64,000 nt of DNA from Candidatus Eiseniibacteriota bacterium (GTDB lineage: Bacteria > Eisenbacteria > RBG-16-71-46 > CAZAMP01). Both the position numbers and the translations under genes were made by a program. The notes below the pieces were generated by a model. The model was not told where the DNA came from and searched no databases. It was given only the letters and a program-made list of their open reading frames with translations. How positions within the stretch are numbered: the first letter of the stretch is position 1; the number at the start of each line of letters is the position of its first letter. Positions 10,882-21,600 of this stretch are shown here, in pieces. The stretch is taken from contig OZ245046.1 of the NCBI GenBank assembly GCA_965224245.1, positions 6,387,235-6,451,234 of the forward strand, read 5' to 3'.

Positions 10882-12111
10882 ATGACCGATCTGCTGTTTC
10901 CTGTGCTGGCGGCGCTCGGCGCGATGCAGGCCGACTCACTGCTCTTGCCGTACGTCGAGACGCTCGAGCGTGAAGGTCGCCCTCCGCACGAGTTCGTGAT
11001 CGCTCTGCTCGACGACGTGGACCTGATCGTCTTCGACGACGCGTGGCACCCGGCCCGGGAGCCGTTCGACCTCTATCGGGAGCTCGTCGTGTCTCCCTCG
11101 TTCCGGAGCCGAGCCACGCACGTCTTCCTCGAGGTGGTGCCCATCAACAAGCAGCAGCACCTCGATGCCTACTTCGCCACCGAGCCGGAAGACGCCACCC
11201 TGCTGTATCCGGCGTTTCAGGACGACTTCAGCGGAACCGGCTGGCCCCTGGTCAGCTACCTGGATCTTCTCCACGCGATCTATGTGACGAACCGATCGAG
11301 TGGCACCGAGCGGCCACTCTCGGTCATGGCGGTCAACGCGGCCACGTACTGGTCGGAGATTGTGACGGCGCGAGACGTCGAGCTCTTTCGGGCGACGCTC
11401 GCTGGAAACGATTACACGATGTACCGGACGATACTATCGACGCTCGACGGCTTCGACGGCGTCGCGAAAGGGATCTTTCTGACCAACACGCGACACGCGT
11501 ACAAAGGCATCCGCGACCGCGAGGGCCGTCTGTTCTGGAACGCCGGGACGTTCCTGCACCAGCGTCACCCCGGGCGGACCTACTCCATTCGTTTCCACAA
11601 CCTCGCGCTGTCCATTGCCGAGGAAAGGCGCGATGAGGGCACGGTCGAGACGACCGCCGGTCTGGAGCGGTATCACTACTCGTGGGTTCGCATGGCGAAC
11701 GGACTCTGGGACACGGCGTTCGAAGCGGTGGGGAACGCCCCGATCGCCGTCCCGCTCGAGGGCAACGTCTTCGGACGCGAGGCGTACGTCGGAAACCACA
11801 TGCACCGCGCCGCGGCGGACCAGACGATGTATGACGCATACGATGCGATCATCTTTCTCGCCCCGCTGGAAGCGTTACACAACTCGGCCAGGACTGACGC
11901 CATATACACACCGGCGTTCAAGGCGGAGCTGGCGAGGCGCTACCGGATTCTCTACACACCCGAGCAGCTGCACGCACGACTGGAGCAGGCCGGAGCCGAG
12001 ACGCTCGACGAGCTGATCCGGAAGGACTGTGCGGCGTCACCGGAGGAGCTGATACCGCAAGCGAAGGACCTACCGCCGAAGGACGCCTGGAAACGCCAGG
12101 ATTCGCGCTGA
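10882..12111 (+). CDS. Hypothetical exported protein, possibly of the EreA/ChaN/TraB fold
   Basis: Long ORF with host-like codon usage. Motifs LIVFDDAWH, HVFLEV, NTRHA and YDAIIF loosely match that superfamily. Confidence 0.6.
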   Translation: MTDLLFPVLAALGAMQADSLLLPYVETLEREGRPPHEFVIALLDDVDLIVFDDAWHPAREPFDLYRELVVSPSFRSRATHVFLEVVPINKQQHLDAYFATEPEDATLLYPAFQDDFSGTGWPLVSYLDLLHAIYVTNRSSGTERPLSVMAVNAATYWSEIVTARDVELFRATLAGNDYTMYRTILSTLDGFDGVAKGIFLTNTRHAYKGIRDREGRLFWNAGTFLHQRHPGRTYSIRFHNLALSIAEERRDEGTVETTAGLERYHYSWVRMANGLWDTAFEAVGNAPIAVPLEGNVFGREAYVGNHMHRAAADQTMYDAYDAIIFLAPLEALHNSARTDAIYTPAFKAELARRYRILYTPEQLHARLEQAGAETLDELIRKDCAASPEELIPQAKDLPPKDAWKRQDSR

Positions 12112-12158
12112 GGTTGCCTGTATCGTGCCGCGGCGTTGCCGCCTACGAGGAGGTCGAG

Positions 12159-12824
12159 ATGAAGCAGTCGATCCTGGTGTCCGCGCTCTGTGTGGCCGTG
12201 CTGGTTGCTCCGTCGGAGCAAGCACGTGGTGAGTCGGGTGAGGGTAGTGCGGAGTGGTCGATCGAAGCCTCGTACCTGGACGCATGCTGCTGTGCGCCCT
12301 CATGCCCCTGCCTGTTCGGATCTGCGCCGACGCTCGGTTACTGTGAAGGGGTCACACTGATCGACATCGACGAGGCCCACTTTGGCGGCGTCGGTCTCGA
12401 CGGAGTGAAGGTCCTGGCTGTCTATCGTGGAGGCACGTGGATCAAGTTCTATGTCGACGATACCGCAACCGCGGAGCAGACGGAGGCGGTGGTCGAGTTT
12501 CTGCCGACCTTCGAGGGCTTCTTCGCCGTCGAGAATGTCGTCGAGGTCGAGAACGTTCCGATTTCCGTCGAGAGAACGGAACGCACGATCAAGGTCTCGA
12601 CCCCGAACACGACCGCCCACATCGAGATGATGGTGGGCAAGAACGGCGAGGCGATCAAGATCGCCAATCTTCCCGGGCCCACCTTTCCCGCGCCACCGTA
12701 CATCGATCACACGCAGTACAAGACCATTCTCCTGCAGCACACGAGCGACGATCAGTCCTACGAGTACACCGGGACGAACGGCTTCACCGCGAGAATCGAC
12801 GTCGACTCCGGAGGAACGCACTAG
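12159..12824 (+). CDS. DUF1326-family Cys-cluster protein with signal peptide
   Basis: GAGGAGG RBS. YLDACCCAPSCPCLF...PT.GYCEG, then HFGGVGLDG and YVDD.AT.EQ.EA, all typical of DUF1326. Confidence 0.8.
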   Translation: MKQSILVSALCVAVLVAPSEQARGESGEGSAEWSIEASYLDACCCAPSCPCLFGSAPTLGYCEGVTLIDIDEAHFGGVGLDGVKVLAVYRGGTWIKFYVDDTATAEQTEAVVEFLPTFEGFFAVENVVEVENVPISVERTERTIKVSTPNTTAHIEMMVGKNGEAIKIANLPGPTFPAPPYIDHTQYKTILLQHTSDDQSYEYTGTNGFTARIDVDSGGTH

Positions 12825-13163
12825 GAGGTGGGACGGGCAGGAGAGAGATCCGGCCGGGGCGATGACGACTGCGGGCCTGAAGGCGCTCCGGGCGTGGAAT
12901 GGAGGTATGCGACCTGGCACCGGAGCGCGACACCGTGGTGCATACGACGAAGAGTCGGCCCGGCGGTGACGTAAGATCAAGCAACGCAACGGTTATGGGG
13001 CTTCAGGGCGGCACGGTCCATTCTGCCGGCGCCACGCCCTGGGTGCGGCTGATCGCCCATCGCGAGCGGCTCGGGGTCGAAGGAATCGACGAGATCGCGG
13101 TCCGTGTACTATGCTCGAAGCACCTTCCCAGACGTCGCACTCCTCCCAAGGAAGGAGGCACGG

Positions 13164-13622
13164 ATGCGGTTGCCGAGCATGGCCGCGGCGCTCCTCTCGT
13201 CGGCGGCACTCATCGGCTCGTCGTCGACCTCAGCGCCGGGCGCGGAGTGTGAGACACCCGCCGGGATCTACGGGAGCTGGAGCTGGACCGGAAGTGTGGG
13301 CGGCTACACCGGAGACTACTGGCTCGACGTGGAGCAACTCGGGTTCGATCGACTCGATTTCCTGCCATCGGGGCATGTTCAGAGCTACCTCGGCTGGGTC
13401 GTGCAGGGTAGCGGCACGTTCGAGTTCGTCGAAGGCGACTGGGGATGCCGGCTCTACACGGATCTCGACTTGTTCTGTCTCCCCTGGCACATCGACCTGG
13501 GTTCCGACCGGTTTGCCGGCGAGGACGTATGTGCGGATGGGTTCACGCACTACTTCGAGCGGGCACCCGATGTGCCGGTCGCCAGGTCGTCGTGGACACG
13601 CCTGAAGATGGTCTATCGCTGA
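13164..13622 (+). CDS. Small secreted lipocalin-like protein with C-terminal SWxxLKxxYR tag
   Basis: AAGGAGG RBS, signal peptide, IYGSWSW..SVGG.TG and CADGF.HYFER motifs. Ends VPVARSSWTRLKMVYR. Confidence 0.7.
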   Translation: MRLPSMAAALLSSAALIGSSSTSAPGAECETPAGIYGSWSWTGSVGGYTGDYWLDVEQLGFDRLDFLPSGHVQSYLGWVVQGSGTFEFVEGDWGCRLYTDLDLFCLPWHIDLGSDRFAGEDVCADGFTHYFERAPDVPVARSSWTRLKMVYR

Positions 13623-13834
13623 GCCACGGCGTCATCTCGTGATCGGGTCGAGGACGTACTCACCGCGATCGACCTCACCACGGTCGAGGTGTGGACGCCG
13701 CGAGGACTGACGACCTTCTCCGGGGTTGCGGAGATACGACCAGCGGGAGGCAGCGTGTGGGGCCGTTGCTCGGCTCGCGGGAGCTGCTTGACTCCACGTC
13801 CGTGAGCTCGGCCGAGTGTTCTAACCGAGCGGCG

Positions 13835-14386
13835 TCAGCATGGCTGAGATTCCGACCATGCCTCGACCGGGCGTGCTCGGGCTCCCTGGCCGCTCAGATC
13901 GATCTCGTAAACGAAGTAGTTTCGACCACAGCCGAACGTATAGTAGAAGATCTCGTAAATGTCCTCGTCGATCTTCCTGAGCATGACCCGAGACGTGAGA
14001 TCGACCGGCGGCTGTGGTGGATCGTCTGACGATGGCATCCCGACCGGATCATCCGTGATCGCCAGTACGGTCGGAATCGCAGCATACACCCGCCGAGCCT
14101 CCGACTCCGTCAGCCCCGAGTCGGCGAACAGCTCCTGAACACGGCGGCAGAACGCCTGGAGCTCCGCGACAGACCGCTCAGGGGGTTCGCTGTGCGGATA
14201 CTGGAGAACGGGATGCGGGTATCCCATGTCCGTCTCGACGACCTCCGCGGTCGGACACTCGAACTCCGGATTCACGTGCATGTCGCCGAGCCTGGCGTCG
14301 CTCTCGTCATTCGGATCGCTGCCGCCCGAGCAAGCCCCGACGAGCAGGATCATCGAAAGCACAAACCCACAGGGTCGACGGGGCAT
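13835..14386 (-). CDS. Hypothetical lipoprotein
   Basis: AAGGAGG RBS before ATG 14386. Lipobox LVGA-C followed by an S/G/D linker. Confidence 0.75.
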   Translation of the reverse strand: MPRRPCGFVLSMILLVGACSGGSDPNDESDARLGDMHVNPEFECPTAEVVETDMGYPHPVLQYPHSEPPERSVAELQAFCRRVQELFADSGLTESEARRVYAAIPTVLAITDDPVGMPSSDDPPQPPVDLTSRVMLRKIDEDIYEIFYYTFGCGRNYFVYEIDLSGQGARARPVEAWSESQPC

Positions 14387-14456
14387 CACGACAACCTCCT
14401 TCCAGCGAACGTCCACGGGACTCGGCGCGTAGCCGAGCCCCGCAAGTCGTCGATCG

Positions 14457-17400
14457 CTACTTCAACAACGCGATCTTAGCGGTCTGGACGACCGAACCTA
14501 CCTGCAAGCGGACGATGTAGAACCCACTCACCACCTGCGCACCGCGATCATCTCGGCCCGTCCAGCTGATCTCGTATCGGCCGGCGGCCAGCGAACCGTC
14601 CACGAGCGTCGCGACGCGCTCACCGCGAGGGTTGTAGACACACAACCGCACGTCGTCGGGGCGAGCGAGATCGAACGCGATCGCAGTGTGCGGATTGAAC
14701 GGGTTCGGACTGATGCGGAGACGCTCGTTCGCCGGCGCGCTTTCGACGTTCTGCGGGATCTCCTCAGTCGGCTCATCCGACGATCGGATGAACTGAGACA
14801 GCGCACCCCCTACCGGAGCGCCCAGCTGGAAGACATCCGTCACGAGAAAGTCTTGACCGGTGTCCCGCATGCGGAACTGCAGGCCGACAGAGCCATGCTC
14901 CGTCGTTGTCTGTGCAAGCGCTCCCACGTGTGTCGCGTCGAATACGATCAGCAAGTCCTCGTTGTGATCCCCATCGATGTCAACCAGTGCGGTGCGTACC
15001 GGGGCAGCCACGCCGGCTGTGTTACCTAGCCGGGCCCTCGCCGCCAGCACGCGCGTCGCATCGAATGCGAGGCGATCGATCAACCGGGCACCCCCCGGCA
15101 CGGTCTCGGCAGGTGGGTTCTCGAACGGGATCGAGGGAATCACGAACGAGACGAAGGCGGCCGTCTCGTCGACGGTCGTGCCGTCCTCGCTGAGCCCGCT
15201 GACTCCCCGGGCAACGGCGGCGCCCTGGTCGTGGGGGACGAGGACCTCGACGGACTCCGTGGTCGAGTTGCCCGAACAGTCCGCTACCGTGTAGGTTATC
15301 GTGTACGTGCGACCCTCGTCACTGAGCCCTGATCGCTCCGCGCGGAGGGCGAACGCCCTGTCGTCCGTGCCATAGGTCGCGTCCTGGATGTCGTCCTCTG
15401 TGCTGCCGTCACCCTGTCCGTCGTCCGGCTCGCTACTGGTGATCGAGTCCAGCGTTACAATCACGTCATCGTCACAAACGTCGGAGACCTCGATCTCCAT
15501 CGAGATGTCGACCATCTTGTGATTTGGCGGCCACAGGACATCACGGCTCGGCAGGAGTACATCGAACGTAGGTGCAACCGTGTCGACCACAGTCACGGTC
15601 GCCGAGCATTGCGAGCTGTTTCCTGCGTCATCAGTGGCAGTCCAGGTTACCACCGTGACGCCACCGCTGGCGGAGCATGGTCCTTCGAACAGAGGCGGCG
15701 CGTTGTCGACGATGGTGAGGTCGGAGTCGCAGTTGTCGCTCGCGGAGAACCCATCGAAGAAGTCCGTGAGCTGCGGGTCGTCGATCGGGACACCGCCTGC
15801 GACCGAGCACTCCACGACGACGTCCGGTGGGCACTCGACCACCGGGGGCGTCTCGTCCTCCACGGTAATCGTGGCGGTGCACGTTCCGCTCGCCCCTTTG
15901 TCATCGCTCACCGTCAGCGTGACTTCGGTCTCACCAAGACCATAGGGTCCCTCAGGAGACAACGACAACGTGATCGGATCGCCGTCGGGGTCGAACGAGC
16001 CGTCGTCGACATCCTCGGGCGCGACCTCGGCAAGGCATGCGTCATCCGCAGGAACAGTGACGTCCTGACACATCGCGACGGGTGCCGCGTTGCGGGACAT
16101 TCCGGAGTAGATCAGTGAGTACTGCTGCGGCGCATCGACCAACGATCCCTTGTGTGTGACCGAGATCGTGTACTGTCCGAGCGCTGCGTTCGCAATGTGC
16201 ACCTGCTCGACGTTGTCCAGGACGTTGTCTCCGGTGGTGGCCGCGTTGGCCGGACTCGCAGGATTCAGGACCCACGGCCGGTAGGTCGTTCCGGAGTCCA
16301 CGTGTGTGATCCGGAGGTCCAGGTCGTTGACCAGCATGACGTCCGTGGGGTCGAGTGCGTCCGCCGGGGGCGTACCCGCGGGATCGGTCCACACGATCGT
16401 CACACGGGCATCACCGACCGAGTTCACGTTGAGTGTCCAGGAGTCGGTTGCGGTGTCGGCGAGATCGTCTTCTACGATGCCTCGGTCGTCGAACTGGCCC
16501 GCTGCAATCACGTCTGCGGCGCTCTCAGTGTTCATGAGGCCCCAGCCATTCATGTAGTCCGGGCCATCGGCAGGACCGGCTTCGTCTGCGGTGTGGATGA
16601 TCAGGGCCTTCAATGTGGCCGATCGCGGCAGGACACCGTTCAGGTCCTGGAACTGCTCCCGCAGCAGATTCGCCGAGCCAGAGGCGTTGGGCGTGGACAT
16701 CGACGTCCCGCTCGTCGTGTAGTAGTCAGTATCGCTGTCTGCTCCGGTCGAGTAGAGTGAGACTCCATTGGCAACGATGTCGGGCTTGATTCGTCCGTCG
16801 TCGGCAGGCCCCCAGCCGCTGAACGCAGACTGTACGACGTCGCCCGCACCCGTATAGCCGCCGGGGATGTCGTCGACGGCGCCGACCGTCATGATGTTCT
16901 TCGCCGTCCCGTATGTGGGTATCGTGTCGTAGCCGAGCGGATCCCCGTCGGAGTCGTGCGTGTCGGTGAAGGTCGCTCCGTCGCTGCCATGCATGTGGGC
17001 CGTTCCGGGCGGAGGAGCGAAATCGTTTCGATCATTGCCCGCGGACTTGAAGATGAGATAGTTCGGTGCCGCAACTGCGAGCTGGTCCCATTGCTGGGCT
17101 TGCGCGTTGTAGAAGCCGAACTTCCAGTCCTCGTTCTGATCGATCGACGTGTCTCCGTACCAGTTGCCATCATCCACTCGCCATCCGCAGATACGGCCGT
17201 AGGAGTGGTTCGAGATCAGCAACCCCGCGGCCGCAGCTGCGGTCATTTCACCGGTGTCGCCGGCGGCATCGTAGGCATTCATACTGGCGGCGAACGACAT
17301 TCCCTGCGCCGCAGCATCCATGCCTGCCGCGAGCATGGTCCCCGCAACGTGTGTCGCGTGATCGCTCAGTGTTCCGCCATCGATCTGGGTGATGCGGCCG

Positions 17401-17873
17401 CCGAACTCCTGATGACTCACGCGGACCGCCCCGCCGGCTTCCCAGATCCCGAGCGCGGCCGCCGCCGTACCAGCCCCATCGAGGCCGTAGCCGGAACCGC
17501 CGCCAGGCCACACCTCGTCGGTGCTGATCGTACGGGCCGCGTTGAGATTCGTGGTCTCGAACCAGACCGGCTGGCCGCGATCGTCGATGTACGCGAGCAT
17601 GACGCCGGGCTCGTCCAGCAGTCGTGAGCGTGGGTCCTCACGATCGAGGATTCGCTGATAGACCGCAGGTTGGTGGTCACTCAGCCACTGATTGAATGTC
17701 GTCGCCAGCTCGAGGAGACGCGCCTTTTGTGTCGAGGACGGCTCCCACGCCTGCGCGCTGCATGGCTGCGGTGACGTGAGCCAGGCGGTGAGGACACCCA
17801 GAGCCAGCCACCGAGCTGCGCGAGGCGTACGGGTACGGATTCGGGCATTGCGAGTCACAGCTACCGAAGGCAT
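14457..17873 (-). CDS. Secreted S8 (subtilisin-like) serine peptidase with HYR/Ig-like repeats and FlgD-Ig C-terminal domain
   Basis: Signal peptide and prodomain. GIWEAGG, DHATHVAGT, KSAGN, KPDIVANG, SGTSMSTP. Cys-containing HYR-like repeats (TVEDETPPVVECP). SPNPFNP...WTGRDDRG...SGFYIVRL tail. Confidence 0.93.
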   Translation of the reverse strand: MPSVAVTRNARIRTRTPRAARWLALGVLTAWLTSPQPCSAQAWEPSSTQKARLLELATTFNQWLSDHQPAVYQRILDREDPRSRLLDEPGVMLAYIDDRGQPVWFETTNLNAARTISTDEVWPGGGSGYGLDGAGTAAAALGIWEAGGAVRVSHQEFGGRITQIDGGTLSDHATHVAGTMLAAGMDAAAQGMSFAASMNAYDAAGDTGEMTAAAAAGLLISNHSYGRICGWRVDDGNWYGDTSIDQNEDWKFGFYNAQAQQWDQLAVAAPNYLIFKSAGNDRNDFAPPPGTAHMHGSDGATFTDTHDSDGDPLGYDTIPTYGTAKNIMTVGAVDDIPGGYTGAGDVVQSAFSGWGPADDGRIKPDIVANGVSLYSTGADSDTDYYTTSGTSMSTPNASGSANLLREQFQDLNGVLPRSATLKALIIHTADEAGPADGPDYMNGWGLMNTESAADVIAAGQFDDRGIVEDDLADTATDSWTLNVNSVGDARVTIVWTDPAGTPPADALDPTDVMLVNDLDLRITHVDSGTTYRPWVLNPASPANAATTGDNVLDNVEQVHIANAALGQYTISVTHKGSLVDAPQQYSLIYSGMSRNAAPVAMCQDVTVPADDACLAEVAPEDVDDGSFDPDGDPITLSLSPEGPYGLGETEVTLTVSDDKGASGTCTATITVEDETPPVVECPPDVVVECSVAGGVPIDDPQLTDFFDGFSASDNCDSDLTIVDNAPPLFEGPCSASGGVTVVTWTATDDAGNSSQCSATVTVVDTVAPTFDVLLPSRDVLWPPNHKMVDISMEIEVSDVCDDDVIVTLDSITSSEPDDGQGDGSTEDDIQDATYGTDDRAFALRAERSGLSDEGRTYTITYTVADCSGNSTTESVEVLVPHDQGAAVARGVSGLSEDGTTVDETAAFVSFVIPSIPFENPPAETVPGGARLIDRLAFDATRVLAARARLGNTAGVAAPVRTALVDIDGDHNEDLLIVFDATHVGALAQTTTEHGSVGLQFRMRDTGQDFLVTDVFQLGAPVGGALSQFIRSSDEPTEEIPQNVESAPANERLRISPNPFNPHTAIAFDLARPDDVRLCVYNPRGERVATLVDGSLAAGRYEISWTGRDDRGAQVVSGFYIVRLQVGSVVQTAKIALLK

Positions 17874-17980
17874 GGGGGACGCTCCTTGTGTGGGATCTTC
17901 GGTCGGTAACCCAATCGGTCCTGTTCGCGGGGATCATAGTGAGCGACCGCAGCTGCTCTACCACCACGGACGCGAGTGCG

Positions 17981-18160
17981 TTATTTCCTTCAATAGTTAA
18001 ACTATATCTTCAGATTTTGAATTTGTATAGAGCAATAGCGCAAGAGTTGGATCGCCGAAGGTATATCCCAATATCACTTTCTGCCATCGGACCGCTCCAG
18101 CATTTTGCGGGGAGTCCGCCGAAATATCGAAACAGCATATCTATCAGGCCATTACGAGAT
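17981..18160. promoter_or_regulatory. AT-rich segment between divergent genes, probable promoter/regulatory region
   Basis: Markedly AT-rich against the high-GC background. Five ATATC copies (18004, 18063, 18071, 18124, 18137) and a TTCA-N5-TGAA inverted repeat. Confidence 0.45.
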
Positions 18161-18635
18161 TGAGGCGTCGAGCGACGTCTGGCTCGGAAGAGGTGCGTCG
18201 CGCAAGCAGGGGACTGCCGGGTGAGTGAGAGTCCCGAAGCCGGACCGGACCGGGACCTACGAACTCGTGCCGGCCGTCGCATCCAGTCGTGGCAGCCCGC
18301 ACACGCGGTAGCCCGACGCGTCCCGTGGGACCAGCTCGGGTCCGCCAGCCTCCGTGGCGGAACTCGGAGGTGAGGGCTCCTGGCCCGAGGCGACGAGACC
18401 CCAAGCATCTGTCCAGGCGCAGAACGGAGGTGAGGTGACCTCCGGAGAGGTGGCACATCGGGGTGCAACATCGACTGGCGCAATGGTGATGGGTCTTGGC
18501 TGACACGCTGAAGCCGTCGGCCCCGCTGGTGTAGAATTGGAGACCTCAGGGCACGGGCGGGGAATGCTCAGGTGGACGCGCGCCCTGCGGAATGCGGCCA
18601 CCTCAATCCCCACGATCCAGCCAGGAGGCCGCAGC

Positions 18636-21600
18636 ATGCTCACGCTTCGGATGACGATTGCCTCGTCTGCTTTGGCATTCGTCTTGACTCCACTCGCCCA
18701 ACCAGCGTCTGCAGCATCTCGAACGTACTCCGAGGACTTCACGACCAAGACGTACTGCGACACCCTGAGTACGACGGCCTGGTGGGATACCGAGGCAGGG
18801 GAGCTCAGGCTACATGCCTTTGCCCCTTCCCTGGTCGGAATCCACGACACACCGGGGTCGGCCTATTCCGTCTCGGTTTCCGGCGATCATGCCTTTGTCG
18901 CGGACTATACGGACGGTCTTCACATCATCGACGTCACGGATCCGGCGAACCCGGCCCTGCTCGGCACGTACGGCACTCCTCACAAGGCCGCTGACGTGGT
19001 CGTAGCCGCGGATCATGCATTCGTGGCCGATGCGCTGAGCGGCTTGCAGATCATCGACATCACCGATCCAAGCAGTCCCACCTTCGCGGGTGCATACGAC
19101 ACACCAGACCTGGCACTGGGTGTGACGATGGATGGCGCTCATGTGTTCGTGGCCGATGGTGTGACCGGACTCCTCGTGTTCGATTGCTCCGACCCGTCGA
19201 ACCCCGTTCTGCTGGGTCTTCGGGATACCGCGGGAAGTGCGTGGGACGTAGAGGTGTCAGGGGACCTCGCGTTCGTCGCCGATGACGTGGCGGGACTCGT
19301 GGTGATGGACGTTTCCGATCTGACGAGCCCGACGATTCTCGGCACATACGACACGCCAGGAGCCGCCAGGGATGTCGCCGCGGCCGGAGATCTGGCATTC
19401 GTGTCGGACGAAAGCGGCGGCCTTCAGGTCATCGACGTCTCCGATCCGGCAAACCCCCTGCTCGTCGGCACTGTTGCCACACCGAGCAACGCCGTGGGCG
19501 TCACCGTATCCGGCAATCTCGCGTATGTTGCGGACGAGTCGGATGGCCTCCTGGTCTTCGACGTCGGCAATCCATCGAACCCGGTCATCGTACATTCGTT
19601 CGATACGCCCAGCGTCGCGACGGGCGTCGCGGTCTCCGGTGATCTGGCCTTCGTGACCGACACGACGGCCGGTCTCCATGTCGTCAGGATCGGACATCCC
19701 AGGAAGCCTGGGCTGGAGAGCATCTTCACGAACGGCGAGTCGATCATCGATGTCTCGGTGTCCGGAGACCTTGCATTCGTGGCCGCCGGCCTTCTGGGGT
19801 TGCAGGTCATCGACATCACTGACCCGACGGCTCCGGTCGTCATCGGCAGCTACGTCACGCCGGCGCCCGTCGATCACGTTGCGATCTCCGGCGACGTCGC
19901 TTTCCTGGCGGAGGAGGACTACTCCACCTACCAGTACAGATTGCTGGTCTTCGACGTCGCGGACCCTTCGAATCCCGTGCTCATCAGCTCGTACGCCGCG
20001 ACCGACTGGATCAACAGCCTCTCTGCTGCCGGTGATCTGTTGCTCATGCAGGTCTCGTTCTCCGGAGTCGAGATACTCGACGTCAGTGATCCAGCCAATC
20101 CCGTGCTGGTCAGCATCTATAACGGTAACCGAGGCGGCGGCACCACCATCTCCGGTAATCGCGCCTATCTGGGGGGTAACCCTTTTCGGACTCTCGACAT
20201 CAGCGATCCGTCGGTTCCAGCACTGATCGGGTCGGCCTCGCTGTTCGGGAACGCTGGTTTCGGCGTGGAAGTCGCGGGCGACCTGGCCTATCTCGCCAAT
20301 GGAATCTGGGGCCTCGCGGTCGTCGACATCAGTGACCCTACTGCGCCCGCGACCGTTTCATACACCTGGACCGAGGAGGATGCCAGCGACATCGCGGTCA
20401 GCGGTAACCTGGCCCTCGTCACGGACTACAACTGGGGGCTGCACGTCTTCGACATCACCGACCCGGTCAATCCAGTCCTCACAGATGTCTACGATACACC
20501 GGATCGCGCTTGGCGGGTCGTGGTCGACGGTGAGTTCGCGTTCATCGCAGACGTGACGGGCGGCCTGCACATCCTCCGCATCTATCAGAACGAGCTGGAT
20601 ACCATCAACGACACGGGTCGATCTCTCACGGTCAGTGGAGGCGCCGGCGCGATCCCGCGTGCCCGGCTCTCGGAAGTAGGTACCGGTACGGTCTCCTGGG
20701 AGGTGAGTGCCGACGCGGGCGCCAGCTGGACCGCCTTCGCCACGCCCGATGCATGGACGCGGATCGCATCGCCGGGTGTCGACCTTCAGTGGCGATCGCT
20801 GCTCGTTCTCGATGGAGTGAATCATCCCACCGTGTCGGAGCTCACCGTGGAATGGCTGAACGAGTTCGGCCCGGTCGTGTCGATCACCGACGTTCCCGAT
20901 GATCAAGGTGGCTGGGTGCATCTCAGCTTCGGCCGCTCGGGCTACGACTTCGCCGACGAGAGCAGCCTACCGGTGGCGACGTACCAGATCTATCGACGCC
21001 TGGATGACGAGTCCCTTCGCCTGCGGGTTCGCACGGGCGGGCACGTCATAGATCCCAGGTCGCTCGAGCGCGCGCCGCTGTCCTCCTTCGACCCATCAGC
21101 CATTCGGAGCCTCGATGACCGTCTGTATGTGCTGGGTGAGGAGGAGAGTGCCCGAGGTGGGATGCCCCCCGGCGTATGGGAGGTTCTGACGACGGTCTCG
21201 GCCCTGCAGCAGGACGAGTACGTGGTCGCGGTCCCAACCCTCGGGGATTCGAGCGCAACCGGCGTCGACTGGTCGGTCAATCTCGTCACCACACACACGA
21301 CGACACCATCGATCTGGTTCGCCTGTGAGCCCGACAGCGGGTACTCCATCGACAACCTCCCGCCCGGCATCCCGACGGGTCTGGCGCTGGTCGGCACGGA
21401 CCTCTCCTGGGATGTCGCACCGGAGTCCGACTTCGAGTACCACAGCATCTACGGCTCGGCGGAGGCCACGTTCGATCCGTCGGCCACGCTCATCGGCTAC
21501 ACGGTCGATCCCACCTACGACGTGAGCAGTGCCTCGTACGGCTACTACCACGTGACGACGACGGATCACGCGGGCAACGAGGGAGAGGCGGCTAGCGTGG

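Noticed and set aside
18451-18466. TGGCAC...TGC sigma54-like site
   Set aside because: GG-to-GC spacing is 11 rather than the required 10.
18010-18483. Minus-strand ORF crossing the AT-rich island
   Set aside because: Inconsistent composition, no RBS and no recognisable motif.
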